In this document: positions 18,635 to 28,830 of the stretch, piece after piece
Position numbering within the stretch: the stretch's first letter is position 1
How the letters are laid out: the number at the start of each line of letters is the position of its first letter
Source: Candidatus Hydrothermarchaeota archaeon
GTDB lineage: Archaea; CAYFZR01
Assembly (NCBI GenBank): GCA_046760505.1
Contig: JBHIEG010000015.1
Span: forward strand, 1-47,714
Direction: 5' to 3'
DNA: 47,714 nucleotides
Translations under genes and position numbers: made by a program
The notes under the pieces: generated by a model
What the model saw: only the letters and a program-made list of their open reading frames with translations
Told to the model about the DNA's origin: nothing
Database searches by the model: none

Positions 18635-18949
18635 ATGAGAAGGGAGACTTTCATACCAAGAAATCGTCTTAAAATAATAAGTGTGCTAAACGCGATTTCC
18701 AAAGGCAGTGGTCTCTTTATTTTGGAGATTTTAAAAGAAAATCAACCAATGTCCATTATAGAAATCGAAAACCTTCTGGTAAAAATGGGAAAAAAAATAG
18801 GACAGTCCTACACGGGAAAATCTGTTGATAGACTTTGTAGGCTTGGATTGATAGAAAAAACCGATCGTGGAAGGGAAAAAGAATTGACTCTTACTCAACT
18901 CGGGGAGAAAGTTTTGGTCTTGGTTCATGATATAGAAAAACTCCTGTAG
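18635..18949 (+). CDS. Winged-helix (ArsR/MarR-like) transcriptional regulator
   Basis: IL.IL....PMS..EI, L..LGLIEK...GRE....LT.LG. Confidence 0.75.
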   Translation: MRRETFIPRNRLKIISVLNAISKGSGLFILEILKENQPMSIIEIENLLVKMGKKIGQSYTGKSVDRLCRLGLIEKTDRGREKELTLTQLGEKVLVLVHDIEKLL

Positions 18950-19025
18950 ATGGTAGTAGCATGGATTCTTTTCATCGAAGAAAATACATAAAAAAAATTA
19001 GAGAGCTGGAGAAATCCTTATTAAT

Positions 19026-19060
19026 CAAGATAAAATAAAGGAGCAAGATAAAATAAAGGA
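19026..19060. repeat. Tandem 17-bp direct repeat CAAGATAAAATAAAGGA
   Basis: Exact copies at 19026-19042 and 19044-19060. Confidence 0.7.
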
Positions 19061-19100
19061 TCGCTGGGTAAAAGAGAACTATAATTGATTTACATGAAAT

Positions 19101-20207
19101 TTATATAATATTTCTCAACGCAGCTACTAATGCCTCGTTGTCTTCTTTTTTTCCTATGGTTATCCTTATGAACCTGTCATCCAGCCCTTCAGAGTACTCC
19201 TTGCAGTCTCTAACTATTATTCCTTCTCTGAACAATCTCTCTGTGATTTCGTTAGATCTTCCGTATTTCTCCACGTTGACCAGGATAAAGTTCGCATGGG
19301 ATGGATAAACATAAAATCCTAATTTTGTGAGTTCTTTGGTAAGGTATTCTCTTCCTTCATCAACCATCTCCTTACTTTTCCTTATATAATCTATGTCTTC
19401 CAGTGTTGCTATTGCAGCCTTTTGAACGAGCACATTTACGTTAAATGGCGGACGAATTCTCGTCATGTAAGATATCATCTCTTCATTGGAAATTCCATAA
19501 CCTAATCTTAAACCAGCAAGACCCATTATCTTAGAAAAAGTTCTTGAAACAAAAAAATTATCATACCTCTTTGTTAAATCAATTGATGTCTTTTCACAAT
19601 ACTCGTAGTAAGCTTCATCTAAAAATACAGGACATTCAACCTCATCTAGTATTTTTATTATGTCCTTCCTCTCTATTATCCCAGAAGTAGGATTGTTTGG
19701 GGAGCATAAGAATATGAGCTTTATATCACTAGTATAATGAGACAAAAAATTATTGACGTCAAATTTAAAGTCTATCATCTCTGAGTAAGTTACCTTCCCC
19801 TTGTTCGCTCTCACTGTTATTTCATACTGCGGATAGGTTGGAATTGGGATTAGTACTTTCTCCCCTTTTTCAAGGAAAATTCTCACAAAAAAATCAATTA
19901 GCTCGTCAGAACCGTTACCTAGGATTATGTTTGTCTCGTCGAATATCTCTTTATTTACATTCCTGTTCACATATTCTTTTATTTTTTTTCTCAGTTCCAG
20001 CTGAGTTGGATCTCCATAAGAACTTATTTCTCCCGCATTTTTAATTATAGATTTTACAGCGAGGGGAGAAGGTCCGATGGGATTCTCGTTAGATCCAAGC
20101 TTTATAATTCTATCCTTTGGAATCTTGTATTCTCTTGCTAACTCCTCTACAGATTTTCCAGGTATGTAAGTCTTTAGGTCTTTTATTTCTCTCAGCCTTT
20201 TCTCCAT
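19101..20207 (-). CDS. hisC: Histidinol-phosphate aminotransferase
   Basis: KLGSNENP, GNGSDE, CSPNNPT, DEAY, RTFSK..GLAGLRLGY. Confidence 0.93.
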   Translation of the reverse strand: MEKRLREIKDLKTYIPGKSVEELAREYKIPKDRIIKLGSNENPIGPSPLAVKSIIKNAGEISSYGDPTQLELRKKIKEYVNRNVNKEIFDETNIILGNGSDELIDFFVRIFLEKGEKVLIPIPTYPQYEITVRANKGKVTYSEMIDFKFDVNNFLSHYTSDIKLIFLCSPNNPTSGIIERKDIIKILDEVECPVFLDEAYYEYCEKTSIDLTKRYDNFFVSRTFSKIMGLAGLRLGYGISNEEMISYMTRIRPPFNVNVLVQKAAIATLEDIDYIRKSKEMVDEGREYLTKELTKLGFYVYPSHANFILVNVEKYGRSNEITERLFREGIIVRDCKEYSEGLDDRFIRITIGKKEDNEALVAALRNII

Positions 20208-20213
20208 AATATT

Positions 20214-21374
20214 TCATTCCTGGAATATTTTTTCCAAAATAGATACCACGATGTCCACTTCTTCTTTCTGAATTGAGAGGGGAGGTAAAAATCTTAAAAC
20301 TTTATCTGCGGTACAGTTTATGAGCAATCCGCTTTCTCTGGCAAAATCTACGTATTTGTGACATTCATTCTCCATTTCACAACCTATCATCAGGCCTTTC
20401 CCCCTCACATCTTTGAATTTTTCTTTGAATTTTTTTAATTTTGATATGAAGTATTCTCCAACCTCTCTAGCATTCTCTATCATTCCCTCCTCCATTAATA
20501 CTCTTATGCTTGCTATAGCAGAGGCGCATGCAAGAGGATTTCCTCCAAATGTGGATGCATGATCGCCAGGCTCAAAGCCTTTGGAGACTTCATCTTTTAC
20601 GATTATCGCGCCAATTGGAAATCCTCCTCCCAGTCCTTTTGCAATGCACATTATGTCAGGCTCTATATTATGATGCATGCACGCGAACATTTCCCCAGTT
20701 CTTCCGAATCCTGTCTGAATTTCATCGAGTATTAGTAAAGAGCCGTAATCCAGTGTTATTTCTCTTAAACCTATTAAATAATCTTCATCTGGTAAAATTA
20801 CTCCACCTTCTCCTTGGATGGGTTCCACTATTACGCACGCAGTTTTTCTGTTTATTGCTTCTTTCAAAGCCTCTAGGTCGTTATACGGAACATACGAGAA
20901 GCCAGGAACCAAAGGCTTAAAGGCATGCTGAAATTTTTCCTGTCCGGTTGCGCTGAGAGCACCGTATGTTCTGCCATGAAATGAGTTCAGCATGGATATT
21001 ATCCTTTCTCTCTTGGTAAATTTTCTGGCAAGTTTAAGCGCTGCTTCAACCGATTCTGCCCCTGAATTTGCAAAAAACACCTTATCACATGGAGAAATCT
21101 CAGACAATAGTTCAGCCAGTTCTACTTGGTTTGGTATATGATATAGGTTTGAACAATGCATTAACTCTCTTGCTTGATCTTCTATAGCCTTAACAACCTT
21201 AGGATGACAGTGGCCAACGTTGATTACTCCTAAACCCGCGACGCAGTCTATGTACTTCTTGCCTTCCGAGTCCCAAACGTAAAGTCCTCTACCTCTTACT
21301 ATCGCGATTTTTTGCCTCTTATAGGTGTTGAGCAAAAATTTACCTGATTTGTCTACTATTTCTTGTAGATTCAT
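20214..21374 (-). CDS. argD: Acetylornithine aminotransferase (class III)
   Basis: NSGAES, SFHGRT, EPIQGEGG, DEIQTG.GRTG, AKGLGGG, STFGGNP. Confidence 0.92.
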   Translation of the reverse strand: MNLQEIVDKSGKFLLNTYKRQKIAIVRGRGLYVWDSEGKKYIDCVAGLGVINVGHCHPKVVKAIEDQARELMHCSNLYHIPNQVELAELLSEISPCDKVFFANSGAESVEAALKLARKFTKRERIISMLNSFHGRTYGALSATGQEKFQHAFKPLVPGFSYVPYNDLEALKEAINRKTACVIVEPIQGEGGVILPDEDYLIGLREITLDYGSLLILDEIQTGFGRTGEMFACMHHNIEPDIMCIAKGLGGGFPIGAIIVKDEVSKGFEPGDHASTFGGNPLACASAIASIRVLMEEGMIENAREVGEYFISKLKKFKEKFKDVRGKGLMIGCEMENECHKYVDFARESGLLINCTADKVLRFLPPLSIQKEEVDIVVSILEKIFQE

Positions 21375-21597
21375 GCCCTTAATCAAATAATTCTTTACTT
21401 AAATGTTGCGAAGAAAATTGTATTGAAGAGAGGGCATGTTTTTCCGTCTATTTTATCCACAGGATCAGATATGATTGTTCATGTAGCATCTTAACGATTA
21501 ATAGTGGAGCAATAATGATCAAAGGCTTAAGAAAAAGACATATCCTACCTATCCTTAAGATTAATTGTTCCAGAATTCTCCAAAAAAAGGGAAGAAC

Positions 21598-22539
21598 ATG
21601 ATATTTCCAAACAGAAGAATATCAAACGATGCTCTAAAGTTGATGAACTCGGTGCTGTTTGAGTTAGTGGAATATGAAAGAGGAGAAGACCATCCGATTG
21701 TAAATAAAGCGAGGAAAACTCTTTCTAAGAGATATAACAAGGAATACGTATACTTTACTGAAAGAGGGAATTTAGCCCTTCACATAGCTCTGAATAGGGC
21801 TGGAAAAAAGGTTGGAATACCTGATCAGGGTGGTTGGAAGGATTTCAAAAGACTATGCAAGGAGAATAAAAAGGAGATTATAGATATAAAGACTAAAAAT
21901 GGAATAATAGATTCATTGGACCGAGAAATGGATGCCTTGCTCATATGCGGATCATCCGGATATATAGCAGAGCAGCCTGATCTTACCTACGAAATCGCGA
22001 GAGAAAAAGACATATTGATAATAGAAGACGTCTCTGGAATTCCATTCGCAAGGGGAGATATAATCTTCTTGAGTACAGGCTCTCCAAAGTTGATAAATCT
22101 GGGATTCGGCGGAGTAATAATGGCTGATGAGCCGATAGAATTCAGACATCTTTTAAGGACAAATCCCCTACACTGCGCAGGTATAGTGGGTGAATTAAAG
22201 AATATTGATTACATATATGAATTGTATTGCAGATACAATGACAAAATAAGAAAAGCGTTTGAAGAAATGAATATAGAATGCTTACATAAGGAAAGAAGAG
22301 GAATCGTAACTGCCGTTAAATGCGATAATTCTGTAACAGATTTGTTCCGTTACAAAACAGATTTAAATAAAAGATTTGTTATGAAATGCCCGAGGTACGA
22401 GAGATTTATGGGAGAAGGCTTAACAATAGAGCTAAAAAGATTGGATCCTTTCAAGCTAACTGAAGATCATGTTCAAAAAATAATAGATGAGTTAGGCGAT
22501 CTGATTGAAGATGTTAGCAAATCATGTGGAGGTAATTGA
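21598..22539 (+). CDS. Uncharacterised PLP-dependent (fold type I, DegT-like) enzyme
   Basis: RGN.A, IPDQGGW, IIEDVSG (PLP Asp), STGSPK (putative Schiff-base Lys), GGVI. Confidence 0.7.
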   Translation: MIFPNRRISNDALKLMNSVLFELVEYERGEDHPIVNKARKTLSKRYNKEYVYFTERGNLALHIALNRAGKKVGIPDQGGWKDFKRLCKENKKEIIDIKTKNGIIDSLDREMDALLICGSSGYIAEQPDLTYEIAREKDILIIEDVSGIPFARGDIIFLSTGSPKLINLGFGGVIMADEPIEFRHLLRTNPLHCAGIVGELKNIDYIYELYCRYNDKIRKAFEEMNIECLHKERRGIVTAVKCDNSVTDLFRYKTDLNKRFVMKCPRYERFMGEGLTIELKRLDPFKLTEDHVQKIIDELGDLIEDVSKSCGGN

Positions 22540-23569
22540 AGAAAGAATTGAGAAAATAAAAAAAGCAGACAAGATTACCCGGAGAAACTTTAACGAAGTC
22601 ACTCTCGAGAGAGCCATATTTCTCTCTTGGTACTGCAGTTACGGAGACTGCAAGTTCTGCTTTATGTCAACGCAGAAGGATAGCATATCGGACCCTAAGA
22701 GAGGGAGAAGGACCTACTCAAGCATATTTGCAGAGGCGATTTTGCTCAAAAAGCTTGATTGGAATCTTGAATTTCTCTCTTCAGGAAGAGATGCATTTGA
22801 AACAGAAGAACTGGTAAAGATCTCAAAGGGTATGGAAGAGATATTCAATGAAAAAATATGGCTTAACGTAGGTTTGCTAAGCAAAGAAGAGTTAGAAACA
22901 TTTGATTCTATAAAAGGAGTTGTTGGAGCAATTGAAACTGTAAATCCTGAGTTAAGGAAGAAGGTTTGCCCAAGCAAGGCCCATGAAAATATTGAAGGTA
23001 TGTTGAATGATGCGTTGGACATAGGGTTGAAGACCGGAGTGACCATAATATTGGGAATCGGAGAAAAGAGATCTGATACAGAACTTCTTCTAGATTTCAT
23101 AGAAGAATACGATATATCTAGAGTTGTACTGTATCCTTTAAATCCGCAGGAGAAAACCGTATTCGAGGATTATCCAGGTCCACCTACCTTTTATTTGTGT
23201 GATACAATTTCTACATTAAGGATCACCTATCCGGATTTAGAAATAATAGCAGGAACATGGATAGAAAATATATCGAGCATCTGTTTGCTTCTGCTATCAG
23301 GAGCAAATGGTCTCACAAAGTTTCCGTTCTTGAAAATGTTTGGCACCAGATACGGAAAGAGACTGGAAAAGGAAGTATCTTCGGTTAACAGAAAGTTAAA
23401 GGGCAGTTTTACCGATTTAGAGAGAATAAAAAACCTTAGTTATGATCTCGAAAGTTTTTCATTTTCTGAGTTAGTTCCAGCAATAAAACAAAAGATTGAA
23501 TCATATAAAGCAGGTGTAATGAAAAGACAAAGCAAATACAGGGATTATGACATATGGCAATCTGCCTAA
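22511..23569 (+). CDS. Radical SAM protein, biotin-synthase-related archaeal family
   Basis: CSYGDCKFC (CxxxxCxxC), ET.NP..R...CPSK, TIILG.GE. Confidence 0.85.
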   Translation: MLANHVEVIEERIEKIKKADKITRRNFNEVTLERAIFLSWYCSYGDCKFCFMSTQKDSISDPKRGRRTYSSIFAEAILLKKLDWNLEFLSSGRDAFETEELVKISKGMEEIFNEKIWLNVGLLSKEELETFDSIKGVVGAIETVNPELRKKVCPSKAHENIEGMLNDALDIGLKTGVTIILGIGEKRSDTELLLDFIEEYDISRVVLYPLNPQEKTVFEDYPGPPTFYLCDTISTLRITYPDLEIIAGTWIENISSICLLLLSGANGLTKFPFLKMFGTRYGKRLEKEVSSVNRKLKGSFTDLERIKNLSYDLESFSFSELVPAIKQKIESYKAGVMKRQSKYRDYDIWQSA

Positions 23570-24066
23570 CAGGAACTCCAGGAACAGGAAAATCAAGCGC
23601 ATGTAAATTTTTAAAAGATTTCATCTGTATAGAGTTAAACGAAGTTGCAAGGAAACATAATCTTTTGAAAGAATATGATGAGGAAAGAGACACATATGTA
23701 GTAGATTTAGAAGAATTGTCAAATGTACTAAGGGAGTACAACAAAGAAGGAACCATATTTGTCGGTCATCTCTCTCACCTCATAGCAAGAGAACTAATAG
23801 ATATGATAGTGGTACTGAGGACAGATCCCAAGTGCCTCGAGAAGAGACTTGTAAGAGAAGGATTTTCAAAGGAAAAAATAAGGGAAAACTGCGATGCAGA
23901 GGCTTTAGGAATTATTGTGAGCGAATCTTTAAACGCATGCGAAGAAGTTTATGAAGTGGATACAACAAATAAAAGCGCTGAGGATGTTGCAAGGGAGATA
24001 GAGAATATAATAAAGAATAAAGAGGGAAAAAAACCAAGCATCGATTGGAGCGAAGAATATTTTTAA
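23554..24066 (+). CDS. Adenylate kinase / Fap7 (AK6)-like nucleotide kinase
   Basis: TGTPGTGKS P-loop, GHLSH, RL..EG.S.EKI.EN..AE. Confidence 0.9.
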   Translation: MAICLTGTPGTGKSSACKFLKDFICIELNEVARKHNLLKEYDEERDTYVVDLEELSNVLREYNKEGTIFVGHLSHLIARELIDMIVVLRTDPKCLEKRLVREGFSKEKIRENCDAEALGIIVSESLNACEEVYEVDTTNKSAEDVAREIENIIKNKEGKKPSIDWSEEYF

Positions 24067-24068
24067 AA

Positions 24069-24285
24069 TCAGGTTTTGTTAACTTTCACCAAGCATCCTT
24101 CTATCCATTCTTTAATCTCGCTCTGTACTTTTCTGAACTCTTCTATCCTGTTTTTTGTCACCTTTTGTTTCCAATGGATCTTCAAATCCTTGTGAAGACA
24201 CCTTTTCCTCTTGGGAAAAAATGGACAGGTCTCTTTTGCATGGTCACAGACAGTGACCACATAATCGAACTCTTCCAAATCTGTT
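24069..24285 (-). pseudogene. arsC: Arsenate reductase ArsC (LMW-PTP family) C-terminal remnant
   Basis: FDYVVTVCDHAKETCPFFP is retained; the conserved FEDP is present only in a shifted frame (24175-24186); no N-terminal CxxNSxRS loop. Confidence 0.75.
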
Positions 24286-24567
24286 AGTAAAATCAAATAA
24301 TGGTTTAAGAGCGGAGAATTCCATGTTGATAAGACCGGAGTAAGTTGTTGCGGAATTTGTAAGAAGAGCAGGAATAAGAGCAAAAAACTAATAATATTGT
24401 TGAAAGGGTGTCAGAACTTTGAAAGTAGGTTAAAATCATTGAGAGTTTGAAACTTGCGAGTTTATTTCAGTAATTTTTTATTTTTTTCCTCACCAACAGG
24501 TAAGTTAACGGAACCAAAAATCAAATAATTTTTATACAACATCTCCTTATTAATTATAGGTGAAAGG

Positions 24568-24759
24568 ATGTTTGGTCCGTTGGGTTTTAACGAACTTCTG
24601 GTAATCTTCCTCATAATACTCCTAGTGTTTGGAGGAGCAAAACTACCTGAGTTGGCAAGATCTATTGGAAAAGCGATGAGGGAATTTAAAAAAGGCATGC
24701 AGGAGTTAGAAGAAGAGAAAGAAAAACTATTTTCCGAAGAAGAGTCAAAAGAAGAATAG
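24568..24759 (+). CDS. tatA: Twin-arginine translocase subunit TatA
   Basis: TM helix then FGG.KLPELARSIGKAMREFKKG. Confidence 0.95.
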   Translation: MFGPLGFNELLVIFLIILLVFGGAKLPELARSIGKAMREFKKGMQELEEEKEKLFSEEESKEE

Positions 24760-24977
24760 AAAGGATTCTATCTTTAAACATATCCACTAGAGTTAGAATT
24801 ATAGTAATTCCGGTCATTATTATATAATTTTTTTTAATATTTAAATATTAGATCAATTCTCGGTCAATATCTTGATTGGTTTTGCCCATTTGGATTCAAC
24901 GAGGCATCAACAAGGGCAATTTTATCGATGGTAAACATTAAATTTAAGTTGGTCTCTATATAGAGGAGTGGTGTGTC

Positions 24978-25709
24978 ATGCGGATACCCTCAGGGATAAA
25001 GGGACTTGACGATTTATTGAATGGCGGCTTGCCAAAAGGGAGATCTATACTCTTGGCAGGTCATGCTGGCTCAGGAAAAACCACTTTTGGTCTTCAATTT
25101 CTACTGAAAGGGGCAGAAAATGGTGAAAATGGAATATATGTTGCTTTTGATGAATTTCCAGCAAAGGTTAGAGAAAACATGAAGGCATTCGGATGGGATC
25201 TAAAAAAATATGAAGATGAGGGAACACTGGCTATTTTAGATGCGATATCAACACGTATAGCCTCTCCAACCGATGAAAGATATGTGGAAATGAGACCATT
25301 TGATGTCAATTCATTGATTGAGGATATCTACAAACTCTGGAAGAAAACCGGTGCCAAGAGGTTGGTTTTTGATTCCATAACTTCATTCGCGGTCATATTG
25401 AAGGATGAGTTCGAGATAAGAAAGGAGATACTAAGGGTCTCAACTGCCTTAGAGAGGCTTGGATGTACATCTTTGTTCATATCTGAGGTTGAAGAAGGAA
25501 CCAACAATATAAGCAGATTTGGCGTTGAGGAATTTATTGCAGATGGAGTAATTTTTCTCATGTATACCAAAGAAGGAAATACATACAAACAGTACATTAC
25601 CGTAAGGAAGATGAAAGGTGTGAACCACAGCAAAAGAATATACGAAATGGAAATAACAAAGAACGGAATAGTGGTACATACGCGCTTAGATGCTTTGCGC
25701 GAGGTTTAA
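24978..25709 (+). CDS. KaiC-like / RAD55 RecA-superfamily ATPase
   Basis: SGIKGLD, GHAGSGKT, LVFDS, EEFIADGVI, RKMKG..H. Confidence 0.92.
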   Translation: MRIPSGIKGLDDLLNGGLPKGRSILLAGHAGSGKTTFGLQFLLKGAENGENGIYVAFDEFPAKVRENMKAFGWDLKKYEDEGTLAILDAISTRIASPTDERYVEMRPFDVNSLIEDIYKLWKKTGAKRLVFDSITSFAVILKDEFEIRKEILRVSTALERLGCTSLFISEVEEGTNNISRFGVEEFIADGVIFLMYTKEGNTYKQYITVRKMKGVNHSKRIYEMEITKNGIVVHTRLDALREV

Positions 25710-25841
25710 TCTTTTCCCATGGGTTTTATCCTTAACGCCATTCTATCATTTTTACTATCTGGCATCTCATCTAATCTCTAGTCCCTTTACTTCTATATCC
25801 TTATTGCGTTATCCCTTTTATTTTTACTTTATTTACGCATT

Positions 25842-26372
25842 CTACTCTACAAGCTCAATTTTGAATTCACAGTAATCTGAGCCTGAGCCGCAGCAATTTG
25901 TCTCATGTACTATGGCTCTCTTGCCGAGTTTTTTCTCCACCGTTCCTGCAATGGTTCCTGCCTCAAAGTGGCACAAGGTCATGCTCACGTCTGGAACCCC
26001 AGCGCATGTTATACATTCCTTCCACCTTACCTTGGCACCCGAGTCTGATGCCTCCACTACTTCTATGTCTCCTATCTTTATCCTTCTCATAAATTCTGCA
26101 AAGCCCTCTAAGACCGATCTTAAATCATTGTCTTCTATGAAGTCGGAAACAAACCTTCTTCCATTATCTCTTCCTGATTCATAAAGAACAGACTCCGATC
26201 CTGGACTCAATGCTAAAATCGGGAGGAATCTATTCTGAAAGGCTAATATATGAATGGTGTCCCCAAGGTTTTTTCTAAGTTTAAGTTTTTTGTCTAATGC
26301 TGCTCTCATGTTCTTCTGTGTTGTTTCATAAATTTTTTCAAATATATCTTTTCTTTTAGTCATAAAACTCAC
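25842..26372 (-). CDS. V4R (4-vinyl reductase) domain protein
   Basis: ECITC, LCHFEAG..AG, ET.CC..G.DYCEF. Confidence 0.9.
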   Translation of the reverse strand: MSFMTKRKDIFEKIYETTQKNMRAALDKKLKLRKNLGDTIHILAFQNRFLPILALSPGSESVLYESGRDNGRRFVSDFIEDNDLRSVLEGFAEFMRRIKIGDIEVVEASDSGAKVRWKECITCAGVPDVSMTLCHFEAGTIAGTVEKKLGKRAIVHETNCCGSGSDYCEFKIELVE

Positions 26373-27085
26373 CTAACTTTAATGATCTCCAGTCCGGTAC
26401 TTGACAGTTTAAAAGGAATCCAGTGCGTCATGTGAGGGGATCTTTTCAATCTCTCCACCCTGAAATAGAGCCTCTCGTGTTCTGTTTTGAACCTTATGGT
26501 GCCTTCTGTTATGTAGTTTAGTGTGGCCATTGTCCTCTCTTCATGAACGCCTTCTTCTAGGACAAGGAAGCTTATGGCATTTGCCTCTCTTATCATAGCT
26601 GTTAAGGAGTTTGTAGCCTTGTAGGTCAAATTCAATCCCGCATACATGACGAGAGTAGAGAGAGTATCGAAAAGAACGATACCTCCTTTCTCAACTATTT
26701 TTAGCTCTTCCATGCTCTCGATGAAAAGCCTTATCAGCTGGTTTAGGTCCCTTAAAGAACTGACAAAACGCTTCTCGGTGCTCTCAGCCCATTCTCCAAG
26801 CCTCCAAGTATAGCAGTCAATTATCTGGAAGAGATTTTCATCTTCAAACTCCTTTGTGTCGCAACCAAAATCTGCGAACCTTTCTCTCACCATTCTTGGT
26901 GACTCGTCCATGGTTATGCACAAGCAGGGAACGCCATTTTCCAAATTTTTTGAGAGTACACTTATGGAAAAGGAGGTTTTTCCGCTTCCCGGAGGTCCAT
27001 AAAGAAATATATTTGATCCAGCAGGTATGCCTCCTCCCAAAATATTATCTAAATTTTCTATCCATGTTTGAAGGAGTTTTACCAA
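26369..27085 (-). CDS. KaiC-like / RAD55 ATPase
   Basis: GPPGSGKT, MDES, IIDCY, VLFDTLS. Confidence 0.9.
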   Translation of the reverse strand: MVKLLQTWIENLDNILGGGIPAGSNIFLYGPPGSGKTSFSISVLSKNLENGVPCLCITMDESPRMVRERFADFGCDTKEFEDENLFQIIDCYTWRLGEWAESTEKRFVSSLRDLNQLIRLFIESMEELKIVEKGGIVLFDTLSTLVMYAGLNLTYKATNSLTAMIREANAISFLVLEEGVHEERTMATLNYITEGTIRFKTEHERLYFRVERLKRSPHMTHWIPFKLSSTGLEIIKVR

Positions 27086-27087
27086 GG

Positions 27088-27792
27088 TTATTCCTCCATT
27101 ATGATTCCTTTCTCAGTTATATGGTATCTTTTCCACGGTGACGTAGTGCCCATGAGGTTCTCGACCCTCAGAGATCTCATGATCCCTTCTTCATTTTCCT
27201 CGAGCCTCATTCTAATCACGCCATGAGTAACACTCCTCAGCGCGTTACTTATAATCTTCAAATCCATTGCCTCGTGACTTACTATTATTGCTGGACTCCA
27301 CATCATGGTTTCAAAAAGTGTATGACCCAGTCTAATTGCAGATTCGATGTTTATTCTCACGAAACTTAACAGACCTGAAAGGGAGTCCAAAACCAGTCTT
27401 CCCCCGCCAAATTCCTTTCTTATCTCATGGACTTTCTTTCCGATTTGGTCAATCTGAGTTGGGTCCTTTACAACATAGGGCTCTTTTGTTAGCGGACTCT
27501 CTCCTCTTATTCTTCCGATTCCGTAGGAATAACAGTCTACTATGGCAAGATTTTTATATTCATCAGCGTTGCATCCCAGACGGGCAAGATTTTCCTTTAC
27601 TATGTAGGGTGGCTCGTCTACGGTCACGTAAACGCCGGGAATTCCTTGTTTTAGCCCCTCATAAATTACCTGCTCGCAGAATATTGACTTTCCAGATCCC
27701 AGTCTTCCAATTAACAAGAGATTACAGTTTTTTGGAAAGTTTTTCCCCATCAGTTTGTCAAATCCTTTAATGCCCCATCTTATCTCTCTCAT
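27088..27792 (-). CDS. KaiC-like / RAD55 ATPase
   Basis: GRLGSGKS, VDEP, IVDCY, LVLDSLS. Confidence 0.9.
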   Translation of the reverse strand: MREIRWGIKGFDKLMGKNFPKNCNLLLIGRLGSGKSIFCEQVIYEGLKQGIPGVYVTVDEPPYIVKENLARLGCNADEYKNLAIVDCYSYGIGRIRGESPLTKEPYVVKDPTQIDQIGKKVHEIRKEFGGGRLVLDSLSGLLSFVRINIESAIRLGHTLFETMMWSPAIIVSHEAMDLKIISNALRSVTHGVIRMRLEENEEGIMRSLRVENLMGTTSPWKRYHITEKGIIMEE

Positions 27793-27897
27793 GATTTTTT
27801 TTTCTCTTTTCCATTATATTTATTTTTGGTACAGCTGCGTAAACGATAAATAGAGTTATATTACTTTCAAAAGTTAGGGAAAAAAGGGGGTAGAGTC

Positions 27898-28335
27898 TTG
27901 TTCGAGAAGATTTTGGTTCCCATGGATGATTCAGAAAGCAGTTACCATGTACTGAAAAAGGCTATGGAGAACTTCAAAGATTCTGAGATAGTGGTGCTCA
28001 ATGTAATTGAGAGTGAAAAGTACAGACCCAAGCCAAGATTCATGGGAGAGGTAACTGAAAGGTATGAAGAAACCTTGACTCGTATAGCAGAGCGCATAAT
28101 AACAAAAGCTAGGAAGTTGGCAGAAGAAAAAGGGGTTAAAATTAAGACGATTGCCGAAGAGGGCGAGGCTGCTTCGACCATAGTATCAGTTGCGGAAAAA
28201 ATTGGAGCAAAAGCCATTTTGATGGCAACCCGCTCTACTCCGACTGAAAAGTTCATCTTGGGAAGCGTTACGGAAAAAGTTATCAAGGAAGTGCCGAGAG
28301 ATGTTCCAGTATTCGTTTGGAGAGGAGTGAAATGA
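27898..28335 (+). CDS. Universal stress protein (UspA family)
   Basis: KILVPMD.S, EG....I, LGSVTEKVI. Confidence 0.93.
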   Translation: MFEKILVPMDDSESSYHVLKKAMENFKDSEIVVLNVIESEKYRPKPRFMGEVTERYEETLTRIAERIITKARKLAEEKGVKIKTIAEEGEAASTIVSVAEKIGAKAILMATRSTPTEKFILGSVTEKVIKEVPRDVPVFVWRGVK

Positions 28336-28730
28336 TCTTCGAAAAGATTCTATTAACCACCGACGGTTCACCGGCCTGTGAATTAGCAGCGATTCGTGGG
28401 ATTGAAATAGCAAAAATATATAATTCAAAGGTTTTCATCATGAACGTAGTTTCAAACATGGAAAAATATCAAAAATTTGCCGAGGAAAATGTGAAAAGAG
28501 TGAAAGAAATGGCAGAAAAAATGGGAGTGAAAGCAGAGACAATAATAAAGGAAGGGAAGGTTGCGGATACAATAGTGGATACGGCAAAAGATCTGGGTAT
28601 AAGTTTGATAGTTGTACCCACTCACACAAAAGGGTTAAAACAAGCCATCCTTGGAGGAGTAACAGAAAGAATAATAAGAAAAGCCCCTGAAGACATTGCT
28701 GTCATGATCTGGCAGATGAAGGAGAGTTGA
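28332..28730 (+). CDS. Universal stress protein (UspA family)
   Basis: KILLTTDGS, EGKVADTI, LGGVTERII; ATGA overlap with the first USP. Confidence 0.93.
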   Translation: MIFEKILLTTDGSPACELAAIRGIEIAKIYNSKVFIMNVVSNMEKYQKFAEENVKRVKEMAEKMGVKAETIIKEGKVADTIVDTAKDLGISLIVVPTHTKGLKQAILGGVTERIIRKAPEDIAVMIWQMKES

Positions 28731-28830
28731 TGATTTAGATAACTGTGATAGATGACCTATGGAAATTTAGTTACCAACAAAGTATTATGGATTAAAGGTA
28801 TAGATTAATGTTGGAAAAAAGTGATTGCTT

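Noticed and set aside
24301-24449. Plus-strand Cys-containing frame (GEFHVDKTGVSCCGICK)
   Set aside because: No start codon in frame and no family I can recognise; possibly another relic but unsupported.
25710-25841. Pyrimidine-rich stretch between convergent genes as a possible ncRNA
   Set aside because: No convincing structure; better explained as a T-rich terminator region.
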